DNA of 64,000 nt from Nitrospirota bacterium (lineage in GTDB: Bacteria > Nitrospirota > UBA9217). Positions within the stretch are counted from its first letter, which is position 1. Each line of letters opens with the position of its first letter. The stretch lies in NCBI GenBank assembly GCA_963790205.1, contig CAWBNQ010000005.1, positions 32,001 through 96,000 on the forward strand, read 5' to 3'. The position numbers and the translations under genes were made by a program. Positions 19,637-29,681 of the stretch are shown here, piece after piece. A model generated the notes under the pieces. It ran no database searches, had not been told where the DNA came from, and was given only the letters and a program-made list of their open reading frames with translations.

Positions 19637-20317
19637 ATGAAATTGCAGTTAGCAGCCGCGGCATGCGTTATGCTTTTGGCAAGCCATGCCATGGCAGGGG
19701 AAAAACAGGAGTTGAAAACCCAGAAGGACAAGCTCGGTTATGCCATTGGCCTCAACCTGGGAAAAAATCTGAAAAAGAACGCCGCCGATGTTGATCTGAA
19801 CGTGCTCATGCAGGGGATAAGAGACGGGTATTCCGGCGGGAAGGAACTCATGAACGATGAGCAGATCAGGGAGACCTTTGCTGCATTTCAGCAGGAACGC
19901 GTCGAAAAAACCAAAAAGGAAGGGGAGGATTTCCTTGCGGCGAACAAGAAAAAGGACGGAGTGATAACCCTGGCAAGCGGTCTCCAGTATAAGATCATCA
20001 AAAACGGCAGCGGGAAAACGCCGAAAGCGACCGAGTCGGTGACGGTAAATTATCGCGGTACGCTCATCGACGGGACCGAGTTCGACAGCTCATACAAACG
20101 CGGGCAACCGGCGACCTTCAATGTGAACGGCGTCATCCCCGGATGGACCGAGGCGCTGCAGCTCATGAAGGAAGGCTCCAAATGGCAGCTCTTTATTCCA
20201 TCGAACCTCGCCTATGGCGCACGGGGAGCGGGGGAAGTAATCGGGCCGAATGCGGTCTTGATTTTTGAAGTCGAGTTGATTTCCGTTAATAAAGGGGAAG
20301 CGCCTCAACACCCCTGA
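19637..20317 (+). CDS. FKBP-type peptidyl-prolyl isomerase (FkpA/Mip family), exported
   Basis: Signal peptide, FKBP_N region, VNYRGTLIDGTEFDSS, VIPGWTEAL, LAYG; AGGAG RBS. Confidence 0.93.
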   Translation: MKLQLAAAACVMLLASHAMAGEKQELKTQKDKLGYAIGLNLGKNLKKNAADVDLNVLMQGIRDGYSGGKELMNDEQIRETFAAFQQERVEKTKKEGEDFLAANKKKDGVITLASGLQYKIIKNGSGKTPKATESVTVNYRGTLIDGTEFDSSYKRGQPATFNVNGVIPGWTEALQLMKEGSKWQLFIPSNLAYGARGAGEVIGPNAVLIFEVELISVNKGEAPQHP

Positions 20318-20325
20318 TGCTTGAT

Positions 20326-20356
20326 GCGGCCGGCCGCCTGGCCGGCCGTTTTTTTT
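20326..20356 (+). terminator. Rho-independent terminator
   Basis: CGGCCGGCC-GCCT-GGCCGGCCG stem followed by T8. Confidence 0.8.
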
Positions 20357-20371
20357 ATATCCGCTCAGCCA

Positions 20372-21166
20372 TCAGGCGGTGGGCCCTTCAACGGACCATT
20401 CCTTCAGCTTGCCGCGGATAAATTCAATGATCGCCGCATGCTCTTCACTGCCCCGGCCCCTGATCAGCAGCGGTTTGCCGAAAGCAAAGTGCACGCGGAG
20501 GGACGGGATTATCCTCCCATAGTCTTTCAAAATGCGGCCGTTGCTCCAGGCGTCGGTCTTGAGCGCGATGGGCACCGCCGGGACCCCGGCCTTTTTTGCC
20601 AGTTTTACCCCGATCGTGTTGAACGATCCCGGATCGAAGACCGGCGTTCGCGTGGTCTGGGGGAATATGACGATCGACCTGCCCGCCTTCAGCCTCTCGG
20701 CCCCCCCTTCCAGCACGGCCTTCAGATCGTCTCGGGGATTGGACCTTCCCACGGTGATGGGGTCTCTCGAACGCATGATATGCTTGAAGACCGGATAATC
20801 GACAAGGCCCTGTTTCACCACGAAGGTGGCGTCCTTGAATTGCGATATGATCGTCGGAAGGACGAAGGTCTCGAGCGTGCTCATATGATTTGCGATGAAT
20901 ACGCAGGGGCCGTCGAGGGCGCGAAAGGAGCCCGTACCCGCGATCTCCAGGTTCACGCCCACCTGTTCCAGGGCGCGGAGCGTGGCAAGACTGCTGCCGC
21001 ACCACTCGGGGGTCTTGTACAAGCCGCGTTTCGCCAGGGAACTTGCGCGCCAGACGATCATGAACGCATGGCAGTAGAACGTGAATGAAGGCAGTGCTTT
21101 CGCCGCCAGGGAAAGGGGGCGGGAGGGGGTCCTGTACACATCATCAACATACATAAGCTCTTCCAA
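20372..21166 (-). CDS. 1-acyl-sn-glycerol-3-phosphate (lysophospholipid) acyltransferase
   Basis: NHMSTLE and IFPQTTR PlsC-type motifs; start at TTG 21166 (AGGAG RBS) or ATG 21154. Confidence 0.85.
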   Translation of the reverse strand: MEELMYVDDVYRTPSRPLSLAAKALPSFTFYCHAFMIVWRASSLAKRGLYKTPEWCGSSLATLRALEQVGVNLEIAGTGSFRALDGPCVFIANHMSTLETFVLPTIISQFKDATFVVKQGLVDYPVFKHIMRSRDPITVGRSNPRDDLKAVLEGGAERLKAGRSIVIFPQTTRTPVFDPGSFNTIGVKLAKKAGVPAVPIALKTDAWSNGRILKDYGRIIPSLRVHFAFGKPLLIRGRGSEEHAAIIEFIRGKLKEWSVEGPTA

Positions 21167-21290
21167 CGGAGCACTCCTCTTCTTGCCGGTATCGGCGTTG
21201 TTTGCGGTCCGGGCCGGGAAACGCCCGGATACTATACCATGTACGGAAAGGGGATGGAAGGGGGAAAACGGGGAGGGGGCCGCCGCTTTA

Positions 21291-23090
21291 TCAGAACAGG
21301 TCGGGCGACGGTTTTTTGATGAAATATCCCTGGGCGTAGTGTATGCCGGCGGATTCCACCTGACCGAGGATTTCCTTGGTTTCAACGAACTCCGCGATGG
21401 TCTTTATCCCGAGTTTACCGGCGAGGCCGGCGATGCTTGACACGATCGCATTTTCGACAACGCTCGTTCCGGACATGTTCCTGATGAACTCCCCGTCGAC
21501 CTTCAAAAAGTCTATGCTGAAGGCCTTGATGTACTGAAACGATGAATAACCGGCGCCGAAGTCGTCGATCGCGAACCGGAACCCTTCCCTCTTGAGCTCA
21601 TGGATGTACTTCTCGATGCTGCTCAACGCTTTCACCGTGTCCCGTTCGGTGATCTCGAAGACCAGGTTCGAAGGGTCTATGTCGTAACTCTTGAGCAGTT
21701 TTCTGACCGTCGGGATGAATTCATTCAGTATCAGCGCCTTCGGAGAAAGGTTCAGGAACAACTTTCCGCGATAGCCGCTCTCTTTGACCTTTGCGAACGC
21801 CAGCTCGATGAGCTGGTAATCGATCTTGCCGATCACTCCCATGTTCTCGGCCGTTTCGATGAACTCCACGGCGGGGACCACGCGGTCGGACGTGATGATC
21901 CGCGTAAGCACTTCGTAGGCCTCGATCTTCGAGTCTTTTATGCTCATGATCGGCTGGAAGTAAGGCACGATGCGCCGCTGCGACAGCGCCTCCAGGATCA
22001 GGATGCTCTTTTCTCCCATGCTTTTCAGGACCTCGACGTCGTCGTGCTCGCTCGGCATGCTGAGACGGTCCTTGCCGAAGGTCTTTGCCTGCAGGAGCAT
22101 GCTGTCCGCCAGGAGGTAGAGGTCTTTCGCTTCCTTCGCGTGATCGGGGAACACGGCGACGCCGATGGAAGCCGTCTGCCTGACGGTCGTCCCGTTCGGG
22201 AGCCTGACCGAGAACGACCGCAGGTTTTCAATGATGCGACGGGCAACGATGCGTGCCTGGCCCTCGTCGCACACCGGAAGGATGGCCGTAAACTCGTCGC
22301 CCGCGTACCGCGCCGCGATATCGCCGCCGCGGACCGCCGTTTTCAGGATCGAGGCGAATTCCTTCAAAAGCATGTCGCCCACGTCATGGCCGTAGGCGTC
22401 GTTGATGGCCTTGAAATTGTCGACGTCGATCTTCAGAAGGGTAAATTTGTACTGCTGCCGTTTGGAGCGCTCGGTCTCGTACTGGAGCAGGTCCCAGAAG
22501 GAAATCTGATTGTAGAGGCTCGTCAGCGGGTCACGTGTCGCAAAGCGCTCGATTTCCCGCTTGTAGCTGGTCAAGGCCTTTGCCGTCCCGACGAGGTTTA
22601 TGAGCGCGATGATGATGCTGTTGACGGCGATCGCGTCCTCGGCGCAGGTATGGTTCTTTGCAAGCCCGACCCCCACCGTGCCGCGGAGACCGAGGGCGTC
22701 GAGAGAGAAGGCCTGAGATCGTACGTCCAGCCCCCTGGAAGTAAGCTCCGGAAGAAGCGAGGCCGGGGCCGCGATCGTATGGGTCGGTGGACGGTCTTCT
22801 TCGACTTTGAAGGAGGGGTCCGCGCAGAGCGCGTCCTTGACCGCGCGGAGGGCAAGGTCGCGAGACGGCGCGGACGGCGTGCCGGTCCAGAAAAATTCCA
22901 GCTCCTGCGTGTCGTCGCCCTGCTGGAACGTGTAGAGGAAATAGACATCCATGACCGTCCGGGCGACCGCCGCGATATTTTTGAACTGGTTTTCCCTGTT
23001 CTTGAACGACCCCGGGGCGAGCGAGAGCTCTTTCAGCAGGCGCGACTGGAATTCAATGATGCTGTGGTTTTTTTCCTTTTGAAAAGGCAT
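21291..23090 (-). CDS. GGDEF-EAL diguanylate cyclase/phosphodiesterase
   Basis: RYAGDEF (AGDEF variant), EVL, EITE, IDDFGAGYSS, LKVDG. Confidence 0.9.
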   Translation of the reverse strand: MPFQKEKNHSIIEFQSRLLKELSLAPGSFKNRENQFKNIAAVARTVMDVYFLYTFQQGDDTQELEFFWTGTPSAPSRDLALRAVKDALCADPSFKVEEDRPPTHTIAAPASLLPELTSRGLDVRSQAFSLDALGLRGTVGVGLAKNHTCAEDAIAVNSIIIALINLVGTAKALTSYKREIERFATRDPLTSLYNQISFWDLLQYETERSKRQQYKFTLLKIDVDNFKAINDAYGHDVGDMLLKEFASILKTAVRGGDIAARYAGDEFTAILPVCDEGQARIVARRIIENLRSFSVRLPNGTTVRQTASIGVAVFPDHAKEAKDLYLLADSMLLQAKTFGKDRLSMPSEHDDVEVLKSMGEKSILILEALSQRRIVPYFQPIMSIKDSKIEAYEVLTRIITSDRVVPAVEFIETAENMGVIGKIDYQLIELAFAKVKESGYRGKLFLNLSPKALILNEFIPTVRKLLKSYDIDPSNLVFEITERDTVKALSSIEKYIHELKREGFRFAIDDFGAGYSSFQYIKAFSIDFLKVDGEFIRNMSGTSVVENAIVSSIAGLAGKLGIKTIAEFVETKEILGQVESAGIHYAQGYFIKKPSPDLF

Positions 23091-23235
23091 TCAGCCCCTC
23101 GATAAATCACTGTCGCAGCGGAACGGATTGCTCGGTAAAGTATATAACAGGCGATTTTCCCGGTCAACTGCTAAATGAGCGCGCGTCCGGCAAAAAAAGC
23201 TTGCAATGCCGCACGGAAAAAGCGAAAATGCCGCC

Positions 23236-24804
23236 ATGAAAAAACGGTCGCTGAAGGAAGAGGTCGCGCAGATGGTCATGCCGCGGGTCGACGGGCCGAA
23301 GCTCGATGATCCGGCCTACCGGGAACGCATGGAAGAGCTCGTCCGGCAGGGCATCGGCGGCTTCATTCTCTTCGGCGGCGATATCGATGAAACGCCCCGC
23401 CGGCTGCGTTCGCTCCAGGGCGCGGCCGAAGTCCCCCTCCTCATCGCTTCGGACGTCGAGCGGGGCCTCGGCCAGCAGCTTTCAGGCGGGACCCATTTCC
23501 CGAGCCAGCGGGCTGTCGCGTCTGCCGTCAACCGCCGGTCGAAGAAAGACATCGAACTGCTCGACCGGATGCTTGACGCGGTGCGGCAGGAGACGCGCGC
23601 AGCGGGCATTCATGCCGTCTTCTCGCCTGTTCTGGACGTGAACAACAACCCGGACAATCCCATCATCTGCACCCGGGCCTTCGGGGAGGAGCCGGAGATC
23701 GTCGAGTGGTTCGGCTCGCGCTATATCAGGGGGCTTCAGAAAACGACGAAGCGCGGGAATGAGGACCTTTTCGCCTGCGCCAAGCATTTCCCCGGCCACG
23801 GCGATACGGACCAGGACTCTCACTCGGTGCTTCCCGTGATCCGCGCGGACAAACAGAGGCTGAACCGCGTTGAGCTGCCGCCGTTCCGCGAAGCCGTGAA
23901 ACACCGCGTGGGCATGGTCATGGTGGCGCATTTGCTCGTGCCGGCGCTCGACCCCGCGGAGCCCACGACGTTCTCGAAGAAGATCGTCACCGCTTTGTTG
24001 CGGGAGGGCATGGGGTTCGAGGGCCTCATTGTGTCCGACGCGCTCGACATGGGCGCCCTTGCGGGGCGGTATTCCCGGGAAGAGATCGCCGTGCGGACCG
24101 TCGAGGCGGGAATGGACATCCTGCTCCATCCGGGGGACGCGCTGGCGACGGTGGAGGCCGTGGCCGCAGCAGTGGCACAGGGGAGGCTGACCCGGCAGCG
24201 GATTACTGAGTCCGTGGAGCGGATCATGCATGCCAAAACGAAACTCGGGCTCTTCGACAAGGACCTGCACGCTCCGGAGCCGATCGATTATGAACAGAAC
24301 CGCCAGACGGCGTCCGAACTCGGGCGCAAGGCGGTCCGGATCCTGAACGGCAACGACAAAGGCAAGGGAGTACTGCCCGTCCGGCATAACACGGGCGTAG
24401 CGTGTTTCATCGTCGATGACGACAACAACAGGGACTCGGCGCATGTTTTTATCCGCGCAATGAAGAAACAGTTCGAACACCTTTCCCTGATCACCCTTAC
24501 TCCTGACGCGGAGATGCCCGCCTGCCTGGCGTATGACGGCATCAGGGCGGCCGGGTTCGTGGTCATGGCGTTTTATTCCAGGATTTCCGCTTCAAAGGGG
24601 CGATCGGGAATCAGCGACAAGCTCAGAGGTATGGTTACGGACGTGCTTCGCCGCGCCAGGGAAGTGAATGCGAAGTCGGCCGTTATTTCCTTTGACAGCC
24701 CCTATATCCTCGATCTATTCAAGGACGCCGACGTGCGTATTGCGGCTTATGACCGGATGGAAGGGATCCAAAAAGCCGCGGCCGACCTGCTGGCGGGAGA
24801 GTAA
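23236..24804 (+). CDS. Glycoside hydrolase family 3 beta-N-acetylhexosaminidase (NagZ-like) with C-terminal domain
   Basis: KHFPGHGDTDQDSH signature, SDVERG, SDALDM. Confidence 0.9.
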   Translation: MKKRSLKEEVAQMVMPRVDGPKLDDPAYRERMEELVRQGIGGFILFGGDIDETPRRLRSLQGAAEVPLLIASDVERGLGQQLSGGTHFPSQRAVASAVNRRSKKDIELLDRMLDAVRQETRAAGIHAVFSPVLDVNNNPDNPIICTRAFGEEPEIVEWFGSRYIRGLQKTTKRGNEDLFACAKHFPGHGDTDQDSHSVLPVIRADKQRLNRVELPPFREAVKHRVGMVMVAHLLVPALDPAEPTTFSKKIVTALLREGMGFEGLIVSDALDMGALAGRYSREEIAVRTVEAGMDILLHPGDALATVEAVAAAVAQGRLTRQRITESVERIMHAKTKLGLFDKDLHAPEPIDYEQNRQTASELGRKAVRILNGNDKGKGVLPVRHNTGVACFIVDDDNNRDSAHVFIRAMKKQFEHLSLITLTPDAEMPACLAYDGIRAAGFVVMAFYSRISASKGRSGISDKLRGMVTDVLRRAREVNAKSAVISFDSPYILDLFKDADVRIAAYDRMEGIQKAAADLLAGE

Positions 24805-24838
24805 AGCGGGCGATTCCACGAATTTGCTGCGCAGCCAC

Positions 24839-24889
24839 AGGTCTTGGCTGAGGTCAGGAAGGACTTAACCTTAACCTGAGCCTCAACCT
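24839..24889. repeat. Second inverted 6-nt tandem repeat array
   Basis: AGGTCT TGGCTG AGGTCA ... GACT TAACCT TAACCT GAGCCT CAACCT; similar to 3495-3556. Confidence 0.7.
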
Positions 24890-24915
24890 TCGATCCTTCC
24901 GTATTCATCAACTCT

Positions 24916-25542
24916 ATGATCAAGACCATCATGATCTTCCTTATCTTCGCGTTCATCCACAGCATTACCGTCACCCGATGGTTCAAACACTTTTGTAAAC
25001 GAACGCTCGGTGATGCCTTCATGCGGGCCTGGTATCGCGCGTTCTATAATGCCGTCAGTTTTGTTACCATTCTTGTCGCGTTCCATTTCATTGCGCGGGT
25101 CCCGGACCACCGGCTCTGGATTGCGCCGCTCTGGCTGCAATGGTCCATGCGCGTTATCCAGCTTGCGGGCCTTGCTTTCGGAGCGCTCGCGTTCGAGTAT
25201 CTCGACGGAGCGGAGTTCATGGGATTCAAACAAGTGTGGCGGTATGTTGCACACCGCGAAGTCGCCGGCAACCTCGAGGGACTGACGCAGAAGGAACTGG
25301 TGACGAGCGGCGTTTACGGGATCGTCCGCCATCCCCTGTATCTGGCGGGGATCGTCATCTTCACCTTTAATCCGAACATCACCGTTAACAATCTCACGAT
25401 TACCGTTCTCGCGGACCTCTACTTCATCTTCGGCATGTTCATCGAGGAGCGGAGGTTTCTTCGCATTTTCGGCGACCAGTACCGGGAGTACAGGAAGCGG
25501 GTCCCGCGCCTTGTACCGGGAAGACGGAAGTCCGTTCGCTGA
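24916..25542 (+). CDS. Isoprenylcysteine carboxylmethyltransferase/NnrU-like membrane methyltransferase
   Basis: LVTSGVYGIVRHPLY, IEERR...FGDQYREYRKRVPRLVP. Confidence 0.8.
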   Translation: MIKTIMIFLIFAFIHSITVTRWFKHFCKRTLGDAFMRAWYRAFYNAVSFVTILVAFHFIARVPDHRLWIAPLWLQWSMRVIQLAGLAFGALAFEYLDGAEFMGFKQVWRYVAHREVAGNLEGLTQKELVTSGVYGIVRHPLYLAGIVIFTFNPNITVNNLTITVLADLYFIFGMFIEERRFLRIFGDQYREYRKRVPRLVPGRRKSVR

Positions 25543-25672
25543 CCGGATAGCACTCTCCCTTCATTCCTGCCTGAAACAAGCACAATTGCTTGTCTTTTCA
25601 TTCATTTGATGCTATTGTACCCGCATGTATCGTTGATGCCTGTCTACGACCGGAGTTCCGGAGGTCCGCTCA

Positions 25673-26186
25673 TTGGCTGATTTCAGTTCATGCAAGGAAG
25701 AACTCGGGGAATTGGTCTCGAAATTCGAGCAGGACAAAAACCACTACCTCCGGAAGGGCTGCCCCGAAGTCCAGGTCAGGATCGGCTCCCTCAATCCTTT
25801 CTTCGACGCCCTCGGCTGGGGCATTGAGAACAAGGCCCACAAGCCGCCCCACGAGCGCGACGTGATCGTCGAGCTTTCTCCGGAAACCTCGCTCAGGCCT
25901 GATTACAACTTTCGCATAAACGGCAATAGGAAATTTTTCATCGAGGCTTCGATTCGCATGATTGACTTCAACAATCCGAATATGCCGTCCACGATAAGCT
26001 CGTCTCGCTGGTGGACCGGATGCCCGAGCTTCATAGGAAGAAGCCGCCCTTCCTCAGTCCGAAGAACGCGAAAAGATCGAACGCGAGATCGCCGTGACGG
26101 ATGAGAAGATTGATGATATCGTTAGTGGACTATAGGGGTTGACGGATGAAGAGATACAGATCGTGATGAGTGCTGCAAAATCTTAA
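25673..26186 (+). pseudogene. Internally deleted restriction-modification (type IIG-like) gene remnant
   Basis: N-terminal nuclease fragment (EVQVR...NPFFDALGW...RPDYNF...FFIEA) joined directly to a typical C-terminal tail in other frames (HDKLVSLVDRM...EREIAVTDEKIDDIVSGL*GLTDEEIQIV); methyltransferase core absent. Confidence 0.7.
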
Positions 26187-26348
26187 GCATAAGAAATGAC
26201 AATACAAGCAAGATGCGGAGAAAAAGATATTTATAGAGAGATCCGCTGAAAACAAACGATAGAAGATATCTCCAATTCTGAACACCCTGGATGCTGTTGA
26301 ATTGCACTGAACCGCCTTTGCTTTAGACGAAACTTCGGGGGCAGTCCG

Positions 26349-28100
26349 ATGACACGTGACTTGAGAAAAAAGCGCAAGGACTGGAAGCCGTTCCTGCTGA
26401 AACTAACGCCCGCCCGGATCGCGCTGCTCTATGCCGCGGCAGGCTGTCTGTGGATCGCGTTTTCAGACACGGCGCTCACTGCGCTTGTCCATGACGTGAA
26501 CATGATCACTCTGATCGCGATGATGAAAGGCTGGTTGTACGTCGCCGCTACCGCGGTCATCCTCTACCTGCTCATCCGCCGTGCCGAGGCGACCCTGCGC
26601 GAGAGCGAAAAGAAGTTCCGCATGCTGGCGGATACGGCGGCCGCGGCCATCTTCATTTACCGGGACACGGGCTTCTGCTACGTCAATTCACAGTCGCAGC
26701 GACTCACGGGCTACACGCAGGAGGAGCTGCTCCGGATGCATTTCTGGGACGTGGTCCACCCCGATTACCGCGATATGATCCGGGTGCGCGGAACGGCCCG
26801 TCTGCAGGGCGGCGATATCCCGCCCCGGTATGAATTCAAGATCGTCACGAAAGGCGGGGAAGAGCGCTGGGTGGATTTTACCTCGGGCACGATCGAATTC
26901 GAGGGAAGACCCTCGGCCCTGGGGACCGCATACGATATAACCGGGCGCAGAAATCTCGAGGCGCAGCTCCTGCAGTCCCAGAAAATGGAGGCCATAGGAC
27001 TTCTTGCCGGCGGCGTGGCCCACGACTTCAACAATATCCTGACCGCGATCATCGGGTACGGCGATCTTGTGAAATCGAAGATCACCGCGGACGACCTCAG
27101 GTCTTACGTCGATCAAATACTGCAATCCGCCGACCGGGCCGCTCGTCTTACTCACGGACTGCTGGCGTTCAGCAGGAAGCAGGTCCTCGATCCGAAACCG
27201 GTCGATATCAACGAGATCATTGTGAACGTCGGCAAGCTGCTCGCGCGGTTGATCGGAGAGGACATCGATCTGAAGCTCGTGCTGTCTCCCGAGGGCATGA
27301 CCATTTTGGCGGACAGCGGCCAGATCGAACAGGTCCTCATGAACCTTGCGACAAACGCGCGCGACGCCATGCCTCACGGCGGGTCGCTGACCATTGCGAC
27401 GAAACGGATGAAGATCGACGCTGCGTTCATAAAACAACACGGCTACGGCAGTCCCGGCGAATACGCGGTCGTTGCCGTGGCCGACACGGGGGCCGGCATG
27501 GAACGGAAAACGCAGGATCGGATGTTCGAGCCTTTCTTCACGACCAAGGAGACGGGAAAGGGCACGGGGCTCGGCCTGTCCATCGTCTACGGGATCATCA
27601 AACAGCACGACGGGTTTATCAGCGCGGCCAGCGAGCCGGGCAAGGGTTCCTCGTTCAGCATCTTTCTCAGGCTGCTCCCCAGTTGCGAACGCGAGGACCA
27701 GGCGCAGCTCCCCGACGAGGCGGCATGGGGCGGTTCGGAAACAGTGCTGCTGGCCGAGGACGACGAGACCGTCAGAAACCTCACGAAGACGGTGCTTGCG
27801 GAAGCGGGCTATACCGTCATTACCGCAGCCGACGGGGAGGAGGCGCTCGCGAAGTTTTCCGGCGATAAAGACCGCATCAACCTGCTGCTCCTCGACGTAA
27901 TCATGCCGAGAAAAAACGGCAGGGAAGTGTACGAAGAGGCCCTGAGAATACGGCCCGGCATAAAAACGCTCTTCATAAGCGGTTATGCGGGCGACGTTTT
28001 TAACAAAGACGTCAGCCCCGACGCGGGATTGAACTTCATCTCAAAGCCGGCGCCCCCGATGGAACTGCTCAAAAAAATCAGGGAAACGCTCGATGGCTGA
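26349..28100 (+). CDS. Membrane-bound PAS hybrid histidine kinase with receiver domain
   Basis: Two TM helices, PAS, AHDFNNIL H-box, NARDAM, DTGAG, FFTTK, GTGLGL, C-terminal REC (EDD...LDVIMP...K). Confidence 0.93.
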   Translation: MTRDLRKKRKDWKPFLLKLTPARIALLYAAAGCLWIAFSDTALTALVHDVNMITLIAMMKGWLYVAATAVILYLLIRRAEATLRESEKKFRMLADTAAAAIFIYRDTGFCYVNSQSQRLTGYTQEELLRMHFWDVVHPDYRDMIRVRGTARLQGGDIPPRYEFKIVTKGGEERWVDFTSGTIEFEGRPSALGTAYDITGRRNLEAQLLQSQKMEAIGLLAGGVAHDFNNILTAIIGYGDLVKSKITADDLRSYVDQILQSADRAARLTHGLLAFSRKQVLDPKPVDINEIIVNVGKLLARLIGEDIDLKLVLSPEGMTILADSGQIEQVLMNLATNARDAMPHGGSLTIATKRMKIDAAFIKQHGYGSPGEYAVVAVADTGAGMERKTQDRMFEPFFTTKETGKGTGLGLSIVYGIIKQHDGFISAASEPGKGSSFSIFLRLLPSCEREDQAQLPDEAAWGGSETVLLAEDDETVRNLTKTVLAEAGYTVITAADGEEALAKFSGDKDRINLLLLDVIMPRKNGREVYEEALRIRPGIKTLFISGYAGDVFNKDVSPDAGLNFISKPAPPMELLKKIRETLDG

Positions 28101-28234
28101 ACACGCCGACGCCGGACGCGGGATCGCGATCGCTTCTGTCAGAACTGATGCGCTTTCGGATGGATTGAATACAGCCTTGCACCAACATTCAGTGAAAAAA
28201 CGGCGGGATGGTCTGCGAGCCTTGACGGCAAAGG

Positions 28235-28762
28235 TCATTCCGTGGTTTTGATTGTCGCTATATACGGGAGGTTTCGGTACTGTTCAGCGTGGTCCATTCC
28301 ATAGCCCACGACAAAGGTATCGGGGACCTCGAAGCCGCGGTAGGCGATGGGCACTTCCACGGTGCGCCTGCATTTCTTGTCAAGCAGGGCGACCGCTTTG
28401 AGGCTCGCCGGTCCTTTTCCCGAGAACTTCTTCATCAAACAGTCCAGCGTCCCCCCCGTGTCGACAATCGTATCAACGAGCAGGACGTGTTTCCCTTGAA
28501 TGCCGGTATTGAGGTCCTTTTTGACGGCGACGGCCCGCGAGGACAGGGTGCCGTTGCCGTAACTCGTTGCCTGGATGAATTCCGCGGTAACGGGCAGGGA
28601 AATACGGCGCATGAGGTCGGCCGCGAACATGACCGCCCCTTTCAGGATAACGATGAGAACAAGCTCCTTGCCGGCGTAATCATGGGAAATTCGCGCTGCC
28701 AGTTCGCTGACTTTCCCGGCAATGGCCTGCTCGTCGAACACTATCTCCTGGATTTCAGCCAT
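28235..28762 (-). CDS. hpt: Hypoxanthine phosphoribosyltransferase
   Basis: ILKGAVMF, VLLVDTIVDTGGTL, FVVGYGMD...YRNLPYI; AAGGAG RBS. Confidence 0.92.
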   Translation of the reverse strand: MAEIQEIVFDEQAIAGKVSELAARISHDYAGKELVLIVILKGAVMFAADLMRRISLPVTAEFIQATSYGNGTLSSRAVAVKKDLNTGIQGKHVLLVDTIVDTGGTLDCLMKKFSGKGPASLKAVALLDKKCRRTVEVPIAYRGFEVPDTFVVGYGMDHAEQYRNLPYIATIKTTE

Positions 28763-28838
28763 ACTCCTTTGTTTTTGCCCACCCTTCGCGAATGAAACGC
28801 CTCTTGTTTGCCGGGCCACCCGGACCGCAGGCCCTTAC

Positions 28839-28872
28839 TTGAAAAAGATACAGCATATTGTTACAATTGTAA
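28839..28872 (+). promoter_or_regulatory. Promoter of pncA with an overlapping palindrome
   Basis: TTGAAA-N17-TACAAT; perfect palindrome TTACAATTGTAA (28861-28872) over the -10 element. Confidence 0.55.
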
Positions 28873-28902
28873 AGAGAGACGCAAATGGAGGAGGTGATTT
28901 TC

Positions 28903-29463
28903 ATGCACAAGGAGGCCTTGCTCGTTATCGACATGTTGAACGACTTCGTGCTTCCCGGCGCTCCCCTCGAAGTGCCCGCTGCGAGGGCGATCATTCCCGT
29001 TATCCGGAACGAGATCGACAAGGCGCATGCGGTGGGAAACCCCGTGATCTACGTCTGCGATGCCCATGAGCCGAGTGACAGGGAGTTCAGGAAGTTCGGG
29101 TGGCCGGCCCACGCGGTGAAGGGGACCACGGGGGCCGAGATCATCGAAGAGCTCAAGCCGACCGGGGAAGACGTTGTTATTTACAAGAAGACCTATTCCG
29201 GTTTTTTCGGCACGATACTCGATGCGACGCTGAAACGGCTTGGCGTGGACGCTCTCAGGCTTACGGGCGATGTGACCAACATCTGCGTGCTGTTCACGGC
29301 GTCCGACGCGGTACTCAGGGACTATGAGGTCACGGTGCTGGAGAACGGCGTTGCCGGTCTTGCCCCGGAAGACCACGAGGCTGCGCTGCGGATCATGAAA
29401 AATGTGCTCGGTGTGCGGATAAGGAAGGCGGAACCGGAGAACAAGGGCCGGAAAGCGGCGTAA
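28903..29463 (+). CDS. pncA: Nicotinamidase / isochorismatase-family cysteine hydrolase
   Basis: LVIDMLNDF, CDAH, WPAH, KKTYSGF, TNICV; directly upstream of nicotinate PRTase. Confidence 0.8.
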   Translation: MHKEALLVIDMLNDFVLPGAPLEVPAARAIIPVIRNEIDKAHAVGNPVIYVCDAHEPSDREFRKFGWPAHAVKGTTGAEIIEELKPTGEDVVIYKKTYSGFFGTILDATLKRLGVDALRLTGDVTNICVLFTASDAVLRDYEVTVLENGVAGLAPEDHEAALRIMKNVLGVRIRKAEPENKGRKAA

Positions 29464-29590
29464 TTGCAGCAGCGTCATTCCGGATTTCACCCTGCACTCG
29501 CGCCAGGGCACAATACCGAGACCCATTGTCGTACCATCTCGCTGAGGATCGCGAGACGGGAATCAAGGGCCTCATAAACGCTGGGCGCGG

Positions 29591-29664
29591 GCGGAATGCG
29601 AATTGCAAATCCTTACGTTCCATTGTGCCGCTGTTCATTCCGCAATCCGCAATCGAAAATCCGA
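29591..29664. repeat. Inverted array of 7-nt tandem repeats (GCGGATT / AATCCGC)
   Basis: GCGGAAT GCGAATT GCAAATC ... ATTCCGC AATCCGC AATCGAA AATCCGA. Confidence 0.65.
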
Positions 29665-29681
29665 AGTCAAGAGGAGGCCCC

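Noticed and set aside
29470..29590. Possible NAD-related riboswitch between pncA and pncB
   Set aside because: Only scattered short stems (CCCTG/CAGGG, TCTCGC/GCGAGA); no aptamer motif that I recognise.
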